From contig JABDKO010000227.1 in NCBI GenBank assembly GCA_013002165.1, forward strand, positions 5,142 through 69,141: a DNA stretch of 64,000 bases, given 5' to 3'. The position numbers and the translations under genes were made by a program. This document shows, in pieces, positions 42,864 to 54,105 of this stretch. The notes under the pieces were generated by a model. That model did no database searches. It saw nothing but the letters and a program-made list of their open reading frames with translations, and was not told where the DNA came from. How positions within the stretch are numbered: the stretch's first letter is position 1; the number at the start of each line of letters is the position of its first letter. This DNA comes from Rhodothermales bacterium. GTDB lineage: Bacteria; Bacteroidota; Rhodothermia; Rhodothermales; JABDKH01.

Positions 42864-45014
42864 ATGACAAAACCCACCGTTCCTCCGGGAAAGACAAGAC
42901 TACTGCCAGGCAAACCTTACCCGTTAGGTGCTACCTGGGATGGATTAGGAGTTAACTTCGCTATTTACTCTGCGTTTGCCGAGCGAGTCGAACTTGTTCT
43001 GTTTGCCTCTGCTGACTCCGAATTGAACGAATCCGTGATTCTGATCGACAAGACTGGTCCGATCTGGCACGGATATCTTCCCAAACTTCAGCCGGGCCAG
43101 CTATATGGATATCGTGTTCATGGTCCGTACCGGCCCGATCAAGGGCACCGATTCAACCCATACAAGTTGCTGCTCGATCCGTATGCTCACGCAATAGGTC
43201 GATCGCTGAGGCATTCTGACACGTTATACGGGTATGACCTCAACCATCCTGACGCAGACAAGTCAATATCTCGAACGGATAGCGGAGCAGATGCCCCACT
43301 CGGTGCTGTTATTGATGGTACATTCAAGTGGGAGGGCGACGTGCGTCCAAATACTCCGTGGGAAAACACGGTAATTTACGAGACGCACGTGCGCGGGATT
43401 AGCATGCAGCATCCGGGGGTCAGACCGGACCTTCGAGGAACATACCTCGGATTGATATCCGATCCGATTCTGGATCATATAAAAGATCTCGGGATAACTA
43501 CTGTCCAGCTTCTGCCGGTTCATGCAAAAGTTTCAGAACGCCATCTCGTCGAGAAAGGACTTTCGAACTACTGGGGCTATAATACGCTGTCTTACTTCGC
43601 TCCAGAGCCCTCGTACGCAAGCGGCGGTGGTATCAGCGCTGTGCGCGAATTCAAGATGATGGTTCGCGGACTGCACGCCGCAGGCCTTGAGGTCATAATT
43701 GACGTGGTCTATAACCACACCGGAGAGGGAAACAGGCTTGGTCCTACACTTTCCTTCAGAGGAATCGACAGTATGTCGTATTACAAAGAGGATCCGAGTG
43801 ATCTGAGTCGGTTGATTGATTACACCGGGACCGGCAATACGCTCGACGTTGGCAATCCGCAAGTCCTGCAACTGATGATGGACAGTATGCGATACTGGGT
43901 TCAGGAGATGCACGTCGATGGTTTTCGATTTGATCTTGCCGCTGCACTCGCACGGGACCTGTTTGACATCAACATGCTCTCATCTTTCTTCCAGGTTATT
44001 CAACAGGACCCCGTACTCAGTCAGGTAAAACTTATCGCAGAACCCTGGGATGTCGGGCCGGGTGGCTATCAGGTTGGCTCATTTCCGTGGCAGTGGGCCG
44101 AGTGGAATGGTAAATACCGTGATGCTGTTCGGCGTTACTGGATTGCGGACCAGGATGTTGTCGGTGAGTTTGCCTCACGAATCTCCGGTTCGAGCGATTT
44201 GTATGAGCTTTCCGGTAGAAAACCGTTCGCATCTATCAACTTTGTAACCGCGCATGACGGTATGACGCTTGATGATCTTGTCAGCTACGAGCGAAAACAC
44301 AACGAGGCCAATCTGGAGGGCAACCGGGATGGTCATGAGCCATCATACAGTCAGAACTTTGGAGTTGAAGGTCCATCTCGCAAGAAAAAAGTCATCACGG
44401 AGAGAGAGGCCCTGAAGCGCGCCTTGATAGGTACATTGTTTCTATCACAGGGCGTCCCGATGCTCCTTGGAGGAGATGAAATCGGCCGCACGCAAGAGGG
44501 TAACAATAACGCATACTGCCACGACAGCCCGCTGACCTGGTACGATTGGGATCTAGACGAAAGGGATAAACAATTTCTTTCGTTTGTCCGAGATGCCATT
44601 AAATTCAGGAAGCATCACCCTAACTTCAGAAGGCACCGCTTCCTGACGGGGCAAGCAGACGAAAGTGGGGCCAAGGATGTAATGTGGTGGCATCATAGCG
44701 GCCGTGAGATGACGGGCGATGACTGGAGTTCTGGCGGGGTGCTTTCGTTTGGAATGATTCTCCGTGGAGACATGATCCTGGACAGGGATGACAAGGGTGT
44801 CGCGATCGGCGACAGCACATTTCTGGTATTGTTCAACTCGAGAGATCAGTCAGCAATTTTTGACCTGCCGGATCCGGCTCGTTTCGGCGGAACACAGTGG
44901 ACGGTTGTTGACGCAGCTGCGGGTTCGATCATTCGAAAACGTCGCATAAAAGAGTATAGGGTCGAACTCCGGCGCCATGCCATGACTGCCCTGGAATTGA
45001 TAATCGAAGGCTAG
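42864..45014 (+). CDS. glgX: Glycogen debranching enzyme
   Basis: Supporting motifs are [36 protein letters not shown] and LIAEPWD. Confidence 0.95.
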   Translation: MTKPTVPPGKTRLLPGKPYPLGATWDGLGVNFAIYSAFAERVELVLFASADSELNESVILIDKTGPIWHGYLPKLQPGQLYGYRVHGPYRPDQGHRFNPYKLLLDPYAHAIGRSLRHSDTLYGYDLNHPDADKSISRTDSGADAPLGAVIDGTFKWEGDVRPNTPWENTVIYETHVRGISMQHPGVRPDLRGTYLGLISDPILDHIKDLGITTVQLLPVHAKVSERHLVEKGLSNYWGYNTLSYFAPEPSYASGGGISAVREFKMMVRGLHAAGLEVIIDVVYNHTGEGNRLGPTLSFRGIDSMSYYKEDPSDLSRLIDYTGTGNTLDVGNPQVLQLMMDSMRYWVQEMHVDGFRFDLAAALARDLFDINMLSSFFQVIQQDPVLSQVKLIAEPWDVGPGGYQVGSFPWQWAEWNGKYRDAVRRYWIADQDVVGEFASRISGSSDLYELSGRKPFASINFVTAHDGMTLDDLVSYERKHNEANLEGNRDGHEPSYSQNFGVEGPSRKKKVITEREALKRALIGTLFLSQGVPMLLGGDEIGRTQEGNNNAYCHDSPLTWYDWDLDERDKQFLSFVRDAIKFRKHHPNFRRHRFLTGQADESGAKDVMWWHHSGREMTGDDWSSGGVLSFGMILRGDMILDRDDKGVAIGDSTFLVLFNSRDQSAIFDLPDPARFGGTQWTVVDAAAGSIIRKRRIKEYRVELRRHAMTALELIIEG

Positions 45015-46555
45015 GCGTCGACGTCGGTATTCGTTCGGGCGCGACCGAAAGTCACAGTCAGGTGCCGCAGTTTTTCGATTGCATCTTCATTGAGTTGTTC
45101 GTCTTTCAGGCGCCAGACCCAGTTACCATCTGTCTTCCCGGGTGTATTCATTCTGGATGAACTGTCCAGGCCAAGCATGTCTTGTACCGGAACGATCGCG
45201 AGGTCCGCAACTGATGCCATTAACGCACGCACAAAACTTTCGCTGATAGAAGTCGCCTTCAAGGATGTGAATCCGAGATAATCCCGGCAGTAATTGCGCG
45301 CGGTCTCCGCAATTTCGGCGGCCTGTGTACCATTCGCTGCATGATACCAGCCGACGACAGAATCGTTGTCATGTGTACCGGTGTACGCAACAAGGTTTCG
45401 TTCAAAATTGTGCGGCAGAAAATTGCCCGATGGGCCTTCATCAAAACCGAATTGAAGAATGGCCATCCCCGGAAATCGATACCGTTCCATTAAACTTACA
45501 ACCTCCTTCGTAATCACCCCCAGGTCTTCGGCTACGATTGGCGGTACTCCGTTGAATACAGTCGCGAAGTGATCGAAGAGTGCTGCACCAGGTCCTTTTA
45601 TCCACTGGCCGTTGACTGCAGTGGTTTCTGTTGCCGGGACAGCCCAGAACGCCTCGAATCCTCGAAAGTGATCGAGCCGTACGATATCGACCATACGTAA
45701 GATGGCGCGAAGGCGCAGCGTCCACCACTGAAATCCACGACGTTGCATAAGGGCCCAGTCATAGATCGGGTTTCCCCATCGCTGGCCGGTTTCACTGAAG
45801 TAGTCAGGCGGGACTCCTGCAACGGAAGTAGGATTACCCGAATCGTCTAACAAGAAGAGTTCGGGATTCGCCCATACGTCCGCACTGTCATGAGCAACAT
45901 AGATTGGCAGGTCTCCAAAAATTTGGATGCCGTTCTGCCCGGCATAGCTTTTCAAACGATGCCACTGGCGATGGAACAGGAACTGCCAGAACTTGCTCAT
46001 CCGAATCCGTTTGTCATTATTAGTGGCAAACTGTTGGAGCGCTTCCTTGTCACGGCTGGCATACTTGTCCGGCCATGACGTCCACGCCTTGTCCTCAAAC
46101 GTTTCTTTGAGCGTCACGAAATGGCAGAAGTCATCGAGCCAGAATGTGTTCTCAAGGCAGAAATCATCAAACTCTTGCTCATCAATATCCGAACTACCAC
46201 GATCAAAGTTTTTGAAAGCGAGCTCAAGCATTTTGCGCTTGGAGTGGGTGACCTTCTCAAAGTCCACGTTGCCCGAATTCTCAAAAGAGACTTCGGTAAG
46301 GTAGGACGCTGGAAGCAACCTGTCTTCGACGAGCAGTTCGGGCGAAATCAACAGGCTGCTACCGGCAAACGTTGAGGGACTGGCATATGGAGAATTACCG
46401 TAACCTACAGGTACCAGAGGCAATACCTGCCAGATCGACTGCTCAGCATCGACGAGCTTATCGACAAAAGCATACGCTTCCGGCCCGAGGTCACCGATTC
46501 CGTGAGATCCTGGAAGCGAGGTGATGTGCAGAAGTACTCCACTACTCCTTGTCAT
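45011..46555 (-). CDS. malQ: 4-alpha-glucanotransferase (amylomaltase)
   Basis: It starts [24 protein letters not shown] and has YTGTHDND. The start at Met15 of the track ORF is preferred. Confidence 0.9.
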   Translation of the reverse strand: MTRSSGVLLHITSLPGSHGIGDLGPEAYAFVDKLVDAEQSIWQVLPLVPVGYGNSPYASPSTFAGSSLLISPELLVEDRLLPASYLTEVSFENSGNVDFEKVTHSKRKMLELAFKNFDRGSSDIDEQEFDDFCLENTFWLDDFCHFVTLKETFEDKAWTSWPDKYASRDKEALQQFATNNDKRIRMSKFWQFLFHRQWHRLKSYAGQNGIQIFGDLPIYVAHDSADVWANPELFLLDDSGNPTSVAGVPPDYFSETGQRWGNPIYDWALMQRRGFQWWTLRLRAILRMVDIVRLDHFRGFEAFWAVPATETTAVNGQWIKGPGAALFDHFATVFNGVPPIVAEDLGVITKEVVSLMERYRFPGMAILQFGFDEGPSGNFLPHNFERNLVAYTGTHDNDSVVGWYHAANGTQAAEIAETARNYCRDYLGFTSLKATSISESFVRALMASVADLAIVPVQDMLGLDSSSRMNTPGKTDGNWVWRLKDEQLNEDAIEKLRHLTVTFGRARTNTDVDA

Positions 46556-46631
46556 AAACCCAACCCCACAGTCGATCGTAACAACAATAAATGACAAAGC
46601 GTAGATGCTACCATAAATTTCCCGAGGGTGT

Positions 46632-47396
46632 ATGCAAGAACTGTTCGAAGGCTTTCAAGCGGAGGATTTTGCCTTTATTGCCGGTTTACTTGAAAGTCGG
46701 GTCAATTTCTCTGATGATCGTGAACTGAAACGTCTTCTCGACGCATCTTCGGAAGATACCACGAATGCAGATAAAAGAGACGATCTGATCGCAAAGATGC
46801 GCGATGAGATACGATATGCCGGAAGTTCCGACCTGGCATATTTCTACCGCTGGATGAGAGGTGGTACACCCGGAGTACCAGTCAAGCAGGTTTTCAAGGA
46901 CGTCAGTTCGCAACTGGATATTCCGGTCGATTCTGTTTTGACCGAACGGGAAATGGTTGCCCACATTGCCAGGGAATACGCTGAGCGTGAATTTGCCAGT
47001 TTGCCCGACGATGACAAGATTCAAATGCTTGAACAGCTCGGGGTCGCATCAGAAAAAGCAACGGAATTTGTTAAACGATCCGCCGGTGTATATACGATCC
47101 CGGTCTTGATCAAAACGTTTAGTGTCGTCGTCGTTGACGGCTTGATCAAGCGCGTTTTGTTCGGCACGATCGCTCGTATCATCGGAAAGGCGGTTGCCGA
47201 CCGGCTGTTTGCACTTCTACTGACCAGAATACCCTGGTGGGTAGGCTGGATAGGGCCGGCAGCATGGACCGCATCCTTATCGTGGACGGCAGTGGACGTT
47301 GCCGGACCCGCCTACAGGAAAACGATACCGATAACGCTCTACCTTGGACTCAACTCGATCAGTCTGGATTCTGATTCGGTTGAATCGCCGAAGTAG
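46632..47396 (+). CDS. YaaW-like (UPF0174) protein
   Basis: The C-terminal GPAYRKTIPITLYL resembles the E. coli YaaW tail (SAYRVTIPAVL). This is by-eye similarity only. Confidence 0.55.
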   Translation: MQELFEGFQAEDFAFIAGLLESRVNFSDDRELKRLLDASSEDTTNADKRDDLIAKMRDEIRYAGSSDLAYFYRWMRGGTPGVPVKQVFKDVSSQLDIPVDSVLTEREMVAHIAREYAEREFASLPDDDKIQMLEQLGVASEKATEFVKRSAGVYTIPVLIKTFSVVVVDGLIKRVLFGTIARIIGKAVADRLFALLLTRIPWWVGWIGPAAWTASLSWTAVDVAGPAYRKTIPITLYLGLNSISLDSDSVESPK

Positions 47397-48886
47397 CCCT
47401 GGAATGATCCATAGAGTGTTTCCATCAGTTCATCCGCAGCATCAGCAGGCATGTCCACGATCGACGGCGACGAGACAGGTGACGCCCCCGCCGTATCCAC
47501 ATACAACGTCTTGATGCCGTATCGTCTTTGAAAGATAGATTGTCGGAGATAGAAGACGTGCGATTTGTCTATCGATGTGCTCCATTCTACGTGCTTGATT
47601 ACACCCTTGCGAATTCCCAGTACCTTACCGTCAAACGAATAACCGAGGTTTCGGTATCGGAGTATTGCATACCAAACGATCAGCGGCAACAAACACAACG
47701 CCCACAATGCGGGCCTCCAGAAGTATGCGGTTGGGGAAACGACAATTGTAAGGGCGACCGTCAGCCGTACAATCATCCTCCTGATCGTGTATCTGGAGAC
47801 GTTCAAATACCTCGACGGTAGGTCTATAGGAAACAACTTGTGTGCAATGCTAACAGTTTCTTCCGCCGTGCCAAACGGAACAGCTAGCTTGTGACGCTGC
47901 TCATTAACATCGTGTCCCATTGTCTGAACGCCAAGCGACCACCAACCATACCTGCGCATGACCGGGTTCGTTCTTCGAATCAGAGCCTGAATTTTGGCCA
48001 GCGGAATTGTCCCTTCGGAAATAGTAAGCAGTCCGGATCTTTTATGTATTCGCCCATCATCCATATCAAGTTGGAAATTAAAGAACCGATTGATGTTGAC
48101 CAGGATGCCGCTAATCCAGGAAATCAGGGCTGCGACGATAACCAGGAGTGTCGCTGCAAAAAACGGCGATTCGAGGATCGCACTCACGAATGGTTCAAGC
48201 GACCCGCCTTCGATCCAGTCTATGACTCCCTCGGGATCCGGTTCGAACAGCTGTAACGTCGAAAAGATGATGGCTATGTAGAACAGGGAGAATCTGAAGA
48301 CGCCGGATAGGATGACACGCCCGGCTGACATTCGATATAGAATACTTGAGCCCGATTTGGACTCTACGTTTCCTTCTACTTCTATTGTTTGCTCCGTGCC
48401 CGTCGAATCGATCGGCTTCTGTATGCCCTGGTACGAGCGAACCACCTGCCTGATTCTATGCGCTTCCTTCAGCGAGACAAATTCAAGGACACCCTCCGTT
48501 GTTGTACTTCCTGCTGTGACCACATTGACTTTCGCTGTCCCGAACATGCGGGGTAGGAGCCTCTGGATAATCTCAACGTTTTGAATACGTTCGATTGGAA
48601 TATTGCGGTGCTTCCGCGTGAAGACACCGCTGTGGATAATGATCTCTTTCGGAGTGATCCAGTATCGAAACCGGCGGTACTGAAGGACGATAATCGGGAG
48701 TCCAAGTAAACCTACTGCCATCGCGATATACAGAGTAACCAGACTTCCCGTGTCACCTGAACGAAGCGCCGGGATGATTATCAGGAAGAACCCGGGAATG
48801 CCGAGGATCATCCGGTGAGCCATAGTCAACGGATGTAATCGATGTGAATCCGCGTCGGGCAGGTTGTTCTTCTTCTCTACATCCAC
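47339..48886 (-). CDS. Membrane protein with three bacterial PH (bPH_2) domains, YdbT-like
   Basis: TM hairpin pairs alternate with repeated bPH_2-like segments (for example RNIPIERIQNVEI). It has a 58-nt convergent overlap with the previous gene. Confidence 0.75.
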   Translation of the reverse strand: MDVEKKNNLPDADSHRLHPLTMAHRMILGIPGFFLIIIPALRSGDTGSLVTLYIAMAVGLLGLPIIVLQYRRFRYWITPKEIIIHSGVFTRKHRNIPIERIQNVEIIQRLLPRMFGTAKVNVVTAGSTTTEGVLEFVSLKEAHRIRQVVRSYQGIQKPIDSTGTEQTIEVEGNVESKSGSSILYRMSAGRVILSGVFRFSLFYIAIIFSTLQLFEPDPEGVIDWIEGGSLEPFVSAILESPFFAATLLVIVAALISWISGILVNINRFFNFQLDMDDGRIHKRSGLLTISEGTIPLAKIQALIRRTNPVMRRYGWWSLGVQTMGHDVNEQRHKLAVPFGTAEETVSIAHKLFPIDLPSRYLNVSRYTIRRMIVRLTVALTIVVSPTAYFWRPALWALCLLPLIVWYAILRYRNLGYSFDGKVLGIRKGVIKHVEWSTSIDKSHVFYLRQSIFQRRYGIKTLYVDTAGASPVSSPSIVDMPADAADELMETLYGSFQGYFGDSTESESRLIELSPR

Positions 48887-48892
48887 CGTTCC

Positions 48893-49405
48893 TTACAAGG
48901 TATCTTCGAGGATATAGTCCTTTACTGTATCGCGAAGCGTTTCCGCTACGTCGATAGCCAGCCCCGGTACAATGACGTCACTGCTACGCGTGCCAGCCGT
49001 ATGGACGATCAGCTTACCCAGCGCAAACTCTTTTTCGATGATGTCTTGAGATACGTCGAGGTGCTGAATTCTCCGCAAAGGGACGATCGTGCTGACTCTG
49101 TTAATGATGCCTCTGCGCAAAAACAGCTCCTGATCGCGAAGTTCATACCTCCAGAAACGGTATCGTAATCTGGGGATGAAAATCGCCATGACGACTGAGA
49201 GTAACAAAACCGACCCCGAAATTACAAAGGGTATCCGTGCTGTCCCCTTTACGAACCATATGAGCTCGACGATCAGAGCCGCTATGCACAGGAGCGCCAT
49301 TCCAAGTCCGATTTTTATCCCCCAGACTCGTACCACCGCCGGGTCGAGCGGCTTCAGATCGTCTTTGGGCGCGAGAACTGCAGGCGCCTCAGTCGGGTCT
49401 TCCAT
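48893..49405 (-). CDS. Membrane bPH_2 domain protein, YdbS-like
   Basis: It has two TM spans followed by RVSTIVPLRRIQHLDVSQDIIEKEFALGKLIVHTAG. It lies 6 nt upstream of the YdbT-like gene. Confidence 0.75.
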   Translation of the reverse strand: MEDPTEAPAVLAPKDDLKPLDPAVVRVWGIKIGLGMALLCIAALIVELIWFVKGTARIPFVISGSVLLLSVVMAIFIPRLRYRFWRYELRDQELFLRRGIINRVSTIVPLRRIQHLDVSQDIIEKEFALGKLIVHTAGTRSSDVIVPGLAIDVAETLRDTVKDYILEDTL

Positions 49406-49581
49406 GCTGTGAATTAGGGCTTTGCGCGATTAAAGTGCAGGTTGTGAAAAGACGGGCGGTTTGCTACCAATGAATCGATTCACAAAAAAATGCAAAAATT
49501 GGGCAGTATAGTTCCAAACATTCAGCTTGCTGACCAGTAACTCCAAACTCTCGATACTGTTCATAGCCTGAAATATACTTC

Positions 49582-50874
49582 ATGTTGGTTGAGTCGCTAA
49601 CTGAATCGCAGCAACCCTTGCCGAAACGTTCTCCATCTGCAATCCTGGAACGATACCTGGCAGTCAGACACCAGACCGACACACTCTGCGATCCCCTGGA
49701 GGTCGAAGATTACGTTGTTCAGAGTATGGAAGATGCGAGCCCGGTACGGTGGCACATCGCCCACACGACGTGGTTCTTCGAAACGTTTGTGCTAAGGCCG
49801 TATCTCTCCGGCTATACAGAATACAACACCCGGTTCCAGTACTTATTCAACTCATACTATGTGCAGGCGGGAGAACGGTTCAGCAGACCTGACCGGGGAA
49901 TGCTCTCCCGACCGACGGTCAGGGAAATCGGGGCCTACCGGTCGCACGTGGATCACCACATGACAGAGCTTCTATCGTCTGTCAGTGACGATGAGGTGTT
50001 GAGGGTAGTAGAGATTGGTCTAAATCATGAGCAACAGCATCAGGAGTTAATACTTACCGATCTCAAACACATGTTGTCCAGAAATCCGCTGTATCCGGCG
50101 TATCGAAATATAGAGTCGTCTTCAGACCAGGACCCCGGCGCCATCGAGTGGACCCGGTTTGACGGGGGGCTTGTAGAGGTTGGGACTAACGGCCCCGGAT
50201 TCTTTTTTGATAACGAGGGACCGCGGCACAAGGTATATCTGGAGCCTTTCAAATTGGCTAACCGACTTGTTACGAATGGCGAGTTTGTGGAATTTGTTGA
50301 AGCAGGCGGTTACGATCATGCACCGTACTGGTTGTCGGAAGGATTTGCGACTAGAGAACGTGAGGGGTGGACTTGTCCACCGTACTGGTCGAAAAGAGAT
50401 GACGAATGGCACAGGTTCACCTTGGGCGGTCTCCAGCCGGTGAATCCTAACGAACCGGTCAGTCAGATAAGCTATTTTGAAGCCGATGCATTTGCCAGAT
50501 GGGCCGGTGCTCGCCTGGCAACGGAGTTTGAGTGGGAACATGCCTCAATGACGGTATCGCATGACGGTAACTTTGTCGATAATGGCAAATATTCTGTCGA
50601 GACAGCGGACCCGGGAAGATCTTCTGAGCTTCAGGGCATGTTTGGAAATTTGTGGGAATGGACTAGAAGTCAGTACAGTCCGTATCCCGGCTATGAGGCC
50701 GAGCCTGGTGCGCTTGGAGAGTACAACGGCAAGTTCATGAGCAACCAGTTCGTTCTTCGGGGCGGATCATTTGCTACGGCCCGATCTCATATTCGAGCTA
50801 CTTATCGCAACTTTTTTCCGGCGTATGCTCGATGGCAATTTACCGGTATAAGGCTCGCACGAGACGTTCGTTAA
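49582..50874 (+). CDS. egtB: Ergothioneine biosynthesis sulfoxide synthase EgtB (DinB_2 + FGE-sulfatase domains)
   Basis: Supporting motifs are SPVRWHIAHTTWFFETF, LNHEQQHQELILTD, GNLWEWT and RGGSFAT. Confidence 0.85.
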   Translation: MLVESLTESQQPLPKRSPSAILERYLAVRHQTDTLCDPLEVEDYVVQSMEDASPVRWHIAHTTWFFETFVLRPYLSGYTEYNTRFQYLFNSYYVQAGERFSRPDRGMLSRPTVREIGAYRSHVDHHMTELLSSVSDDEVLRVVEIGLNHEQQHQELILTDLKHMLSRNPLYPAYRNIESSSDQDPGAIEWTRFDGGLVEVGTNGPGFFFDNEGPRHKVYLEPFKLANRLVTNGEFVEFVEAGGYDHAPYWLSEGFATREREGWTCPPYWSKRDDEWHRFTLGGLQPVNPNEPVSQISYFEADAFARWAGARLATEFEWEHASMTVSHDGNFVDNGKYSVETADPGRSSELQGMFGNLWEWTRSQYSPYPGYEAEPGALGEYNGKFMSNQFVLRGGSFATARSHIRATYRNFFPAYARWQFTGIRLARDVR

Positions 50875-50903
50875 GTTTTCCCACCTGACATTAGTATTTA
50901 ACA

Positions 50904-51869
50904 TTGAGTTCAGCAACAGATTGTCTCGAAGTCGGGACGGCACAGGCATCACTTCACTCTGACGTTATTAGCGGACTATCGCAGCCGCAGAAGACCATTC
51001 CTTCGAAGTATTTCTACGACGAGCGCGGCTCGCAACTCTTCGACGAGATAACAACGCTTCCGGAGTATTATCCGACCCGAACCGAGGAAGCAATAATGCG
51101 CAAGTTTGCACCGGATATTATCAACCTGATCGGTCCGGATGCGCTCTTAATCGAGCTTGGCAGCGGCAGCAGCACCAAGACCAGAATCCTTCTTGACCGG
51201 CTCACCACGCTGAAAGCGTATGTACCGATCGACATATCCTCAGAATTCCTGGAAGCGACGGCAGAACGCCTGCGCGACCGCTACCCGCACCTGACAATCC
51301 GGCCGCTTGCCGAAGACTACACCAAGGAACTGTGGCTCCCTACGGAAGGGTTATCGTATGACAGAAAGGTAGCTTTTTATCCCGGCTCAACAATTGGCAA
51401 CTTTGATCCAGATGATGCACGCGATTTCATGCGTCGCGTCCGGGTAATGGTAGGCGACAAGGGTGGGTTTCTCATCGGGGTCGACCTGGTAAAGGATCCC
51501 CGGATACTAGAAGCCGCATACAACGATTCAAAGGGAGTGACAGCCGAGTTCAACCTCAATCTGCTGAATCGGATCAATCGTGAGCTGGATGCAAACTTTG
51601 ATCTGACAGCATTTGAACATCGTGCGGTCTACAACGAGCAGGAAAGCAGGATCGAGATGCACCTCGTCAGTACAATCGAACAGCTTGTATCAGTGGGAAA
51701 TAGCGAATTTGAATTCGCCGAGGGAGAGTATATTTATACTGAAAGTTCTTATAAGTATACTGTTGATGATTTCGCATCGATGGCTGAAGCCGCCGGTTTT
51801 CGACTCACGCATACCTGGACGGACGACGCACGCTTGTTCAGCACCCATTTCCTCGATTCTAACCTTTGA
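50904..51869 (+). CDS. egtD: L-histidine N-alpha-methyltransferase EgtD
   Basis: Supporting motifs are KTIPSKYFYDERGSQLFDEITTLPEYYPTRTE, ELGSGSSTKTRILL and FYPGSTIGNF. The TTG start is uncertain. Confidence 0.85.
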   Translation: MSSATDCLEVGTAQASLHSDVISGLSQPQKTIPSKYFYDERGSQLFDEITTLPEYYPTRTEEAIMRKFAPDIINLIGPDALLIELGSGSSTKTRILLDRLTTLKAYVPIDISSEFLEATAERLRDRYPHLTIRPLAEDYTKELWLPTEGLSYDRKVAFYPGSTIGNFDPDDARDFMRRVRVMVGDKGGFLIGVDLVKDPRILEAAYNDSKGVTAEFNLNLLNRINRELDANFDLTAFEHRAVYNEQESRIEMHLVSTIEQLVSVGNSEFEFAEGEYIYTESSYKYTVDDFASMAEAAGFRLTHTWTDDARLFSTHFLDSNL

Positions 51870-51873
51870 TACT

Positions 51874-53265
51874 ATGCTACGACTTGCCACTCTCGCCGTA
51901 ACCGGAGCACTTGTGTTCATCACTACTGGAATCCTCAGTGGTGGTGAGATATTCCCTGATTCAGACGATTCAATTGCAGCGATGTACCGGGCAGACGCGG
52001 ATAAGCTGATTGATGCTGCTCTCGCAGACAGTTCGACCTATGATCGCCTGGCATATCTGGGTGATACCTTCGGTGCGCGTTTCTCCGGATCTCAGAATCT
52101 GGAAGATGCAATCGACTGGATTCTAGATGAAATGAGGAAAGACGGCCTTGAGAATGTTCGTGGTGAGGAGGTGATGGTGCCTCACTGGGTCAGGGGTGAG
52201 GAGTCACTTTCACTGGTATCGCCACGTGGTGGCAAGATGGCTATACTTGGTCTCGGAGGCAGCATTGGTACGGAACCCGAAGGGATTACCGCCGAGGTTC
52301 TTGTCGTCAGCTCGTTTGATGATCTCGCTGACAGAGGATCCGAGGCTGAAGGCAAGATTGTCCTTTTCAATGTGCCGTTTACAACATACGGTAGAACCGT
52401 GCAGTACCGCGTTACCGGTGCCAACCGTGCGTCCGAAGCGGGTGCCGTTGCCAGCCTTGTTCGGTCGGTGGGTCCGGCCTCAATGTATACGCCCCACACT
52501 GGCGTCATGCGTTACGAAGAAGGTGTTCGCCAGATCCCGCATGCTGCTGTGACCCTCGAGGATGCAATGATGATGCAGCGAATGCAGGATCGGGGACAGA
52601 AGATTGTCGTGACGCTCAAGATGGGCGCTGAAACATTTCCGGATGTCGTCTCGCGCAATGTAGTAGCCGAAATTGTCGGTTCGGAGTTCCCCGAAGAAGT
52701 CGTCGTATTTGGCGGGCACATAGACTCGTGGGATGTCGGTCAGGGCGTCATGGACGACGCCGGCGGTTGCGTGGCTGCCTGGCAAGCGCTCGTGCTGATG
52801 AAGCGCCTCGGTCTGCGTCCCAAGCGTACGATTCGGGTCGTCATGTGGACCAATGAAGAAAATGGCCTTCGTGGAGGAACCGGCTACGCAGAACGTCATG
52901 CGGATCAAGTCGCAAACCATGTGCTGGCAATGGAGTCCGACGCCGGTGTCTTCAAGCCTCAGGGTTTCGGGTTTACGGGTTCAGATAGTGCTTTCGAAAT
53001 CGTAACGGAGATCGGAACGTTGCTTGATCGAATTGAATCAGGAACGATCACGCGCGGAGATGGAGGTGCCGACATCGGGCCTCTCATGCAGCAGGGAGTG
53101 CCCGGAATGGGACTTAGAGTTGACGGAACAGAATATTTCTGGTACCATCATACCGAAGCCGATACCATGGACAAGTTGGATCCGCATGAGATAAATCTGT
53201 GTGTTGCCACGATGGCAGTCATGGCCTATGTCGCGGCAGACCTTGACGAACGAATCCCCCGGTAG
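51874..53265 (+). CDS. M28 family metallopeptidase with PA domain, exported
   Basis: ATG 51874 gives MLRLATLAVTGALVFITTGIL. Zn-ligand regions are FGGHIDSWDVGQGVMDDAGG and WTNEENGLRG. The track start at 51613 overlaps egtD. Confidence 0.8.
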   Translation: MLRLATLAVTGALVFITTGILSGGEIFPDSDDSIAAMYRADADKLIDAALADSSTYDRLAYLGDTFGARFSGSQNLEDAIDWILDEMRKDGLENVRGEEVMVPHWVRGEESLSLVSPRGGKMAILGLGGSIGTEPEGITAEVLVVSSFDDLADRGSEAEGKIVLFNVPFTTYGRTVQYRVTGANRASEAGAVASLVRSVGPASMYTPHTGVMRYEEGVRQIPHAAVTLEDAMMMQRMQDRGQKIVVTLKMGAETFPDVVSRNVVAEIVGSEFPEEVVVFGGHIDSWDVGQGVMDDAGGCVAAWQALVLMKRLGLRPKRTIRVVMWTNEENGLRGGTGYAERHADQVANHVLAMESDAGVFKPQGFGFTGSDSAFEIVTEIGTLLDRIESGTITRGDGGADIGPLMQQGVPGMGLRVDGTEYFWYHHTEADTMDKLDPHEINLCVATMAVMAYVAADLDERIPR

Positions 53266-53369
53266 AGCTATTGTCATTTCTTATAGCAGGCACTCCAGAC
53301 GTATCGTACATTTAGTGTCGTTGCCGGGTCAATAAGAAACGTCAAAGAAGTGTACAGGACTTCTGCACT

Positions 53370-54092
53370 ATGAAACGAATATGTTTGTGGTCCGGTCCGC
53401 GTAACGTTTCTACCGCTCTCATGTACGCCTTTGCTCAGCGCTCCGACACGACCGTCGTTGACGAGCCCTTGTACGGTGCATATCTAAGTTTAACCGGGTT
53501 ACCTCATCCGGGAGCGCAGGTTGTTGTCGACAACATGCAAAATGATGCCTCGAAGGTAATCAAAGAAGTGTTTCTTGGTGACTACGAGACCGAGGCGGTG
53601 TTTATCAAAAGTATGGCTCACCACCTGTTCGGTTTGCCTTCCGATTTCCTGGATCACATGGAGAACGTAATCCTGACAAGGGATCCAGAAGAAATGCTTC
53701 CGTCGCTGATAAATCAGATTCCAGAACCGGAGTTGCGTGATACCGCACTGCCGGCTCAGATTGAGCTATTGCAGCGCGACCTTGACGCAGGGAAGAAGCC
53801 GATCGTTCTGGACGCGCGAGAATTGTTACTCGATCCGGGAGGAGTACTCACTCAGTTGTGTAACATACTTGACGTGGACTTCCTGGATCACATGCTGCAT
53901 TGGGAAGCCGGTCCAAAATCTTACGACGGAGTTTGGGCGCCATTCTGGTATCATAACGTACACCGGTCGACCGGATTTGCCGAGTATAAACGAAAGGAGG
54001 ATCCGTTTCCGGACCGGCTTCGACCGCTGCTCGAACAAACAGCGCCGATGTACGACCAGCTGTATGCATACGCGCTTCGTGCAAGTAACTGA
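53370..54092 (+). CDS. Sulfotransferase-like P-loop-fold protein (family of the N-terminal domain of plant BCAT-like proteins)
   Basis: It starts MKRICLWSGPRNVSTALMYAFAQRSDTTVVDEPLYGAYL. Confidence 0.6.
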   Translation: MKRICLWSGPRNVSTALMYAFAQRSDTTVVDEPLYGAYLSLTGLPHPGAQVVVDNMQNDASKVIKEVFLGDYETEAVFIKSMAHHLFGLPSDFLDHMENVILTRDPEEMLPSLINQIPEPELRDTALPAQIELLQRDLDAGKKPIVLDARELLLDPGGVLTQLCNILDVDFLDHMLHWEAGPKSYDGVWAPFWYHNVHRSTGFAEYKRKEDPFPDRLRPLLEQTAPMYDQLYAYALRASN

Positions 54093-54105
54093 TGGGAGAG
54101 TAGAT

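Noticed and set aside
49471-49482. A perfect 12-nt palindrome TGAATCGATTCA lies upstream of egtB. An 8+6+8 inverted repeat GATTATTT-N6-AAATAATC at 26748-26769 lies upstream of the AhpD-like gene. Both were considered as operators.
   Set aside because: About 16 perfect 12-nt palindromes are expected by chance in 64 kb. About one 8-bp-arm inverted repeat is expected per spacer length. Neither is statistically notable without conservation data.
51874-53265. The M28 peptidase 4 nt downstream of egtD was considered as a functional substitute for EgtC (removal of glutamate in the ergothioneine pathway).
   Set aside because: The protein has an N-terminal hydrophobic export/anchor sequence, so it is probably extracytoplasmic, whereas ergothioneine synthesis is cytoplasmic. 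The adjacency is more likely coincidental.
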